From the NCBI GenBank assembly GCA_964234715.1, contig OZ174276.1: DNA of 64,000 bases, one strand, 5' to 3'. The position numbers and the translations under genes were made by a program. The stretch is from Podarcis melisellensis (Eukaryota). Below the pieces are notes generated by a model. It worked only from the letters and a program-made list of their open reading frames with translations. It ran no database searches and was not told where the DNA came from. Of this stretch, positions 59,101 to 64,000 are shown piece by piece. How positions within the stretch are numbered: the first letter of the stretch is position 1; each line of letters opens with the position of its first letter.

Positions 59101-62100
59101 TCCCCACTTCCAACCACTCTTTGAAGACTGGAGAAGGGACCCTCATAAGAATATTAGGGGGGCAGGCAGGGGAAGTATGGCTTTGTTTTTTGCAGCCTTC
59201 AAATGAGGACTAGACCATGTGAAAAATGAACATAAGATTTTAGCTGCAGTTTATTCATTTTCAGCTTTGTATTCTTGTTATTAAGAAGCACACCTAGACA
59301 CTCAGTTGCGGTACCCATAACCTAGGTTTAAGGTGCCATTTAGCTCCTAGTTTTCATATCTCAGTTTCTAACACTGGTTACTGTATTACAGTGCTCATCA
59401 TCCCTCACCATTGACATGGTGGCTGGGGCTTATAGGAGTTTGTGTTCCCACAGCAGATGGCCATGGGTTTTCCATATGCGTTCTACAGTCTGTAATATTA
59501 TGACTTCTTTAACTTTTCTCAGACATAGGTATGGAACATTTTGTAAAAAAGGTGGAGGCTGCTCACTGTGTTGCTTGTGACCTCTTCATTCCGATGCAGT
59601 ATGGAATAATCCAGAAACATCTGAAGTCCCTTGATCATAACCACAACCGCAGAGTAAGTGGATTTGTTGAATTAGCTGTTCACCACAAAAACACACTGGA
59701 GAAGCTTGAACAATTACTACATCATTCAACTTTATAATGGCAAAAGCAGATGAAGACTAAAGCAATTGAATAATTTAGGGGCTTTAATGCTTATTTTAAC
59801 GTAAATATACTTTAAAGAGCATGCTTAAGAGACTATAGTATCTATTTTAAATATATATATCAATATAGTATAGCAACTCACCTGGCAGTAATATAGCCAC
59901 TAATGGCATCCCATTATTTCCAAGCAGTTCTTTGACCGCAAATGTAGCTCCTGCTTGGTTTTGTTAAAAAACACACACACCAAAAACCTGCTTCGTTAAA
60001 TTTTTTAAGAAGTCTTTGAGTTGCAAACTGATAATTTGTTCGCTGAAATTCAGTACCCTTAAACTAAAGAACTTTAAAAGTGCATTGGCCAATAAAAATT
60101 TTATGTAGACTTTTTGATCTGTTTTGTTAAACACTAACTTATGAAAGAGAGGTGTGTATATCTTGCTTGCTTCACACAGTGGGCATAGGCTGTGGAATCA
60201 GTTGATCGCTGCAGCTCAGTACACGTCTTTCTTTTGTGTTACCCAGTGTTTACTGGGAGAGGTGTGGTACACATGCCACAAACAGACTTACACTGCCAAA
60301 TATAAATTTGCCCTCAGATGTTTGGTTGGATATTAAGGTTCAGAATTAACAGTGGATAGGGTCCAGTGAATTGACAGGTGAGAAAGCAGATTTTTTCCTT
60401 CTCGGCTTCCACAGTCTAAGTCTAGAGTGGGGAACCTTTTTGGCTCCAAAGGCCTGATCATTTTCAGGATCTGCCTTGCACACCAAATTTGACCTGTCAA
60501 AATCAATTTTGCTTGGGAAGTAGGAGGAGGTTTGTGAGTCTCCTTCCCACATTAAATAGTTCCTTATGAAAATGTGTGAAAAGTTACTGTATTTTGGAAG
60601 GCCTGTCTTGGTATAAAAAAGAATGAAATGTAGATACATTTTGTGCAGACCATTTATTTATGTATTTTGTCTTCTAGGCTATGATGGAACAGTCAAAAAA
60701 ATCATCATTAGTAGTTGCAAGAAGTATTCTTAACAATAAACTTATCAGCAAGAAATTGGAGCGATATTTGAAGGTAAAACGTATAAACATAAGAACGGCC
60801 CACCGAGGGGTTATGGGCAGAATCCAAAGTGGCATGAGCGAACTTGATGCTTGCACTGTATAACTTCTTTCCTTCTACCTGCAGCCACCATGCATTCCTG
60901 AAATCTGCTCCAGAGGGTACCCTATCCCTCTAATGTAAATTTTGAGGGTGCATGGAGGGCTTCAGGGAAGAAGTGTGTAAGGAGAAGTCTGTTCCACTCA
61001 CACACATGTTGGATACAACTCCCCCCCCCCCAAAAAAAAACTTTAAAAGAGCCATATTGCTATGTTAACAATGGGAAAGCTTTTATTTTTTAATATTAAC
61101 TGAGTTTTAATGTATTTTCCGCTAATCTCCATGTTATCTCTCTGCTTCATAGTGCATCCTCTCTTCTCCATGCCCTACTATAAGGGCACTCTCAGTTTCT
61201 AAGTCTTAATTTCTCTCTGCAGACCACTGAACCCATTCCTTTTTCCATTTCCCCATCTGTACGTGTCTGCACCTCCAACTTCTTAACTTCCCTATGTTCT
61301 TTTACTACAGTGGTACCTCTAGTTACAGACCCTGAAAAGTCTGCAACAATAGCACCGCAATAGAGCACTTCTGTGCATGCACAAGATGCGCAGAGCGCTT
61401 CTGCGCATGGCGAAACCCGAAAGTATACACTTCCGGGTTTGCCGTGTTTGTATCCTGAAAAAACGCGACCAGAGACTGATGTAACAAGAGGTACAACTGT
61501 ATGCAGTTCTCTGCATCTTACAGTGGTTTTTTCTGTTTGCACCCAGTTTCTGTATACACTTTAAAAATCACCTCTCTCTCATTTTGCTTTCTTTCCTATT
61601 GTGTTCCCCCTCAAAATACTTTATTGAGAGTGGCAGCAATAGTCCCAGGATATCCACCCTAGTGGAGGGTCCACAGATGCAGATGGACCATGTAGCATGC
61701 TTAGTATGCTGCAGCAGGCTTGAAATACATCTCTGAATCCAGGAAGAGGAAGTGTTATATAGGCATTCTCTCATTTCCAGTGCAATTTGGAAGGGTTTCA
61801 GTAGGCATTATATCTTCTTGTAAAGATGTGGGAAAGGGCCACAAATGATGGGATGTGGAATTTCCCCAAGTAGCTGCAAATAGAAGGGAGGAGACCACAA
61901 TCAGTCTGTGAACTGGGCATTGGGCACACCTAGACTGTACTCTATGGAGAGTTTTAACAACTTTTGCAAAATGAAGAGTAATTGTTGTGTAAATTGTAAG
62001 ATATTTTTAAACTCTTTATAAATTGATATGTACCCACCCACTGGAGTGGGATGACTTTTTAAATTTGTCACATCCTGGAGGTTAAAAGAAATGAGTTTGC

Positions 62101-62846
62101 TTGTATAATGGAGAACACATTCTTGTTTTCAGAAAGATTATTGAGACACTTGTTGGTTGAAATGCCATAGTCCCCCCCAAAATGATCAGGGATCTTTCAC
62201 TTGTATCAGAGACTTGATTATATCTACTAGTCAAAGAAAAGGAATGAAAGTTTCCTGATTTCTTGTTACTTTTGTATTTGATTTTCTTCAGGTTCTGTAG
62301 ATTAAAGCATACCAAAAATAAATAAATAAATTAGTGCAATAGTCAAGGCCTTAAAATTACTTTTATGTGATGGCCCCACTCAACAACAGAAACATGCTTA
62401 CCCAGCTATATATTGTAGACTGCTCAGTTCCTTAAAGTGTGTGATGTTTAATGCTGGGTGTCAGGTGGTTCTGATTTGTTTTGCAGGGGGAGAATCCCTT
62501 CACAGATGATCCTGAAGAGAAAGAGGAACATGAGGAAGGTGAGGCAGGAACAAGTGGAAATATGGAGGAGGGAGCAGCTGAAGGTGAAGAAAACAAGGTT
62601 GAAGAAGAAACCAAAGGTGGAGACAATCTGGCTGAGGAAGATGTAGTTGAAGAAGGTACTGCAGAAAACAAAGGAAATGATGATGAAGAACCACCACCAG
62701 GACAAATGGAAGAGCAGAATTTGAACACATCCCAGGAATCATTTGCTGCTGAGCAGGAGCAAGAATATGATGAAGAAGGAGACAAAGAAAAAGAAGAAAG
62801 AAAAGGATTCATACCTTCAGAGGATATGGAACCACCTGATGAGTGA
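43366..62846 (+). CDS. AKAP8L: AKAP8L (A-kinase anchor protein 8-like / HA95), join(43366..43378,47291..47323,48818..49055,51881..52340,52801..52918,53775..53818,55234..55288,57387..57495,57927..58068,58454..58559,59523..59653,60678..60773,62487..62846); 634 aa
   Basis: N-terminus [36 protein letters not shown], then [12 protein letters not shown]. Two AKAP95-type fingers ([19 protein letters not shown]; [19 protein letters not shown]), then LERYLKGENPFT and an acidic tail. Exons sum to 1905 nt in one frame. Confidence 0.93.
47291..47323 (+). CDS. AKAP8L: AKAP8L exon 2 (33 nt, [12 protein letters not shown]) with GC donor
   Basis: Acceptor ttctttctag, donor GAG|GCAAGT, phase 1-1. Confidence 0.88.
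48818..49055 (+). CDS. AKAP8L: AKAP8L exon 3 (YG-rich)
   Basis: Acceptor ctcatttcag, donor AG|GTGAGT, encodes YEDYNYGYG...GSGGDR. Confidence 0.92.
49294..49511. mobile_element. Tc1/mariner MITE, same family as 2572
   Basis: TIRs, TA TSD and shared interior (cagactccgctaacccagaaatagt). One fewer subterminal repeat unit. Confidence 0.88.
51881..52340 (+). CDS. AKAP8L: AKAP8L exon 4 (Y/R/G-rich low-complexity region)
   Basis: Acceptor attcttgcag, donor AAA|GTAAGT, within ORF 51861..52418. Confidence 0.92.
52801..52918 (+). CDS. AKAP8L: AKAP8L exon 5 ([15 protein letters not shown], bipartite NLS-like)
   Basis: Acceptor taattcatag, donor G|GTAAGA. Confidence 0.88.
53775..53818 (+). CDS. AKAP8L: AKAP8L exon 6
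   Basis: Acceptor ttcttttcag, donor AAT|GTGAGT, encodes [15 protein letters not shown]. Confidence 0.85.
54688..54805. mobile_element. Short palindromic MITE-like element (relative at about 18088-18560 interrupted by the Sauria SINE; half copy at about 58929)
   Basis: tggccctccagatattggtggactacaact...tgatgggatttaaagtgcaacaacgttagaagagcca forms an imperfect inverted repeat. Confidence 0.55.
55234..55288 (+). CDS. AKAP8L: AKAP8L exon 7
   Basis: Acceptor acattttag, donor AAG|GTAAGT, encodes [18 protein letters not shown]. Confidence 0.85.
55365..55591 (+). mobile_element. 5'-truncated retroposon 3' end (L1-like, AT-rich) with 18-bp TSD
   Basis: AAGATGTGTGGAATATTG at 55347-55364 and 55592-55609. 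T-rich body ending in AATAAA (55575) and a decayed A tail. Confidence 0.75.
56369..56567. mobile_element. Tc1/mariner MITE, related subfamily
   Basis: ta|cagtcataccttgggtt...gcgtccactg|ta. Interior resembles the 1098 copy. Confidence 0.7.
57387..57495 (+). CDS. AKAP8L: AKAP8L exon 8
   Basis: Encodes [37 protein letters not shown], donor AG|GTAAGT. Confidence 0.9.
57927..58068 (+). CDS. AKAP8L: AKAP8L exon 9, AKAP95-type zinc finger 1
   Basis: Encodes [31 protein letters not shown], donor CAG|GTAGAC. Confidence 0.93.
58454..58559 (+). CDS. AKAP8L: AKAP8L exon 10
   Basis: Encodes [35 protein letters not shown], donor G|GTAGGT. Confidence 0.9.
59523..59653 (+). CDS. AKAP8L: AKAP8L exon 11, AKAP95-type zinc finger 2
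   Basis: Encodes [44 protein letters not shown], donor AGA|GTAAGT. Confidence 0.93.
60678..60773 (+). CDS. AKAP8L: AKAP8L exon 12
   Basis: Encodes [32 protein letters not shown], donor AAG|GTAAAA. Confidence 0.92.
61308..61499. mobile_element. Tc1/mariner MITE, related subfamily
   Basis: ta|cagtggtacctctagttac...gtaacaagaggtacaactg|ta. Confidence 0.75.
62487..62846 (+). CDS. AKAP8L: AKAP8L last exon (GENPFTDD + Glu-rich tail, stop TGA)
   Basis: Acceptor gttttgcag, within ORF 62481..62846. Confidence 0.92.
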   Translation, partial: GENPFTDDPEEKEEHEEGEAGTSGNMEEGAAEGEENKVEEETKGGDNLAEEDVVEEGTAENKGNDDEEPPPGQMEEQNLNTSQESFAAEQEQEYDEEGDKEKEERKGFIPSEDMEPPDE

Positions 62847-62882
62847 ACTTGCACAGAAGGTTGAAGCGTTTTGAGACTCTGC

Positions 62883-62888
62883 ATTAAA
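62883..62888 (+). terminator. Candidate AKAP8L polyadenylation signal ATTAAA
   Basis: 37 nt after the stop codon, with T/GT-rich sequence downstream. Confidence 0.45.
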
Positions 62889-63752
62889 ACTTTTTAAACC
62901 ATAACTGTATTTGTGACACTACATGGCACGCAGCTTTGTTTCTCATTGACTACATTTTCACCTAGTTACAGCACTTGAAAGCCTTTATCTGTAAAGTGTT
63001 TTTGGAAATAGCTTTTTTTAACCAAATCTTCATTGTATTAGCTAGGTTTTGTGCAGTACAATTTTTAGGTGGCTTTATACTAGGAAAATACCTCCCCTCC
63101 TTTTTGAGTAAATAACTCAAAACCAAATTGTGTTAATTGGCTTCCAACTTTGGGGGGAGGTAATTGTCCTCTAATTTTCTCCCCCCTCCCCCTTTAACTT
63201 TGTATATAGTTGAAGATGTTTTTGTTCCCTAGCCAGCCGTGTCTGGATATGTCAATAGCAGAATTCTGGGTTTTAAATTCTGCACGATCGGAGTAACTTC
63301 CATGCAACTGTAGCATTCTTCTACTCTACCTTTTTACTTTTAATATGCAGAAGTAATACTTGGGGGTCAGCACAATAGTTTTTCCAGTGCTTTTATTTAA
63401 GGATGAATTCTTCCAGTGAATTGAGATAATATTAGGATTACCTGTACATGTGGGTTTTTGGAAGAAGCAGCCACATGAAGGTTGTGCAGGAAGCCTCAAA
63501 AAGGGATAAATGCATCCTAGCACATTCGTAAAAGGCAATTCAGCATTGCTCCTTTTGAGTTTTGTCCTGATGTTGTTTAGGGGACATCATTTATGCTGCT
63601 TGCCTTAGATTGCTATTCTGTAAATGAAGGCTATGGTAGCCCTTATGAAAGATGAAGAGTGTTACAGAAACATTAAATATTCCCTTCAATGCAGTTCTTT
63701 GGTAGTTGTCTCATTCTAAATCATCCTGCAATCTCAGCAATGTACTACTGCT

Positions 63753-63774
63753 TGTGTGTGTGTGTGTGTGTGTG
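63753..63774. repeat. (TG)n microsatellite
   Basis: Direct observation. Confidence 0.9.
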
Positions 63775-64000
63775 GATACGTGTGTGCTTTTTTACTACAA
63801 CCCAAGGTTTATTTTGGTTACACTCTGCCCCATGAAGCAATAGTGCTGCTGCTACAACTACTACTGCTCTTGTTCATCCTTCATTTATTATCGTGTGTTT
63901 CTCTTCAAGTACCTGTGTGCTTCCTACAGTGAAAATCAGGTAGTGGACTGGACAGGGTTTTATGATCCTTTGTTTCCGCTTTCCTGCTACATCAAAGGAA

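Noticed and set aside
43366-62846. Assignment to AKAP8 (AKAP95) or ZNF326
   Set aside because: The N-terminal [11 protein letters not shown]..GMATSxSWEMP and C-terminal LERYLKGENPFT match AKAP8L as I know it, and the position directly after WIZ agrees.
1-64000. CRISPR array, operon or prokaryotic defence system
   Set aside because: The sequence is intron-exon vertebrate DNA and shows no regularly spaced repeat-spacer array.

Overview
Eukaryotic (vertebrate) genomic DNA, almost certainly a squamate lizard: it carries Sauria SINEs, a Bov-B LINE and squamate-type MITEs. A lacertid origin is my inference, not a tested result. Two spliced genes lie head-to-tail on the + strand in the order known from mammals. 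WIZ (C2H2 zinc-finger partner of G9a/GLP) has 10 coding exons over 12406-35275 and 12 fingers, plus a CpG-island alternative first exon at 22479-22578 that gives a short isoform. AKAP8L has 13 coding exons over 43366-62846, encodes 634 aa and has one GC-AG intron. I derived exon boundaries by hand from splice signals and frame continuity. Introns and the intergenic region hold SINEs, LINE 3' fragments, TA-flanked Tc1/mariner MITEs, an hAT-type element with an 8-bp TSD and microsatellites. I found no prokaryotic features, CRISPR arrays or bona fide tRNA/rRNA genes. The best leads are: (1) an in-frame chain of upstream exons that could extend WIZ by 151 aa; (2) the symmetric-exon design of WIZ, with CtBP motifs completed by splicing; (3) a micro-exon, poison-exon and recursive-splice cluster in the AKAP8L GC-AG intron; (4) a composite hAT element carrying a CpG-island-like cargo. 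None is a proven new system; each needs RNA-seq or comparative genomics.
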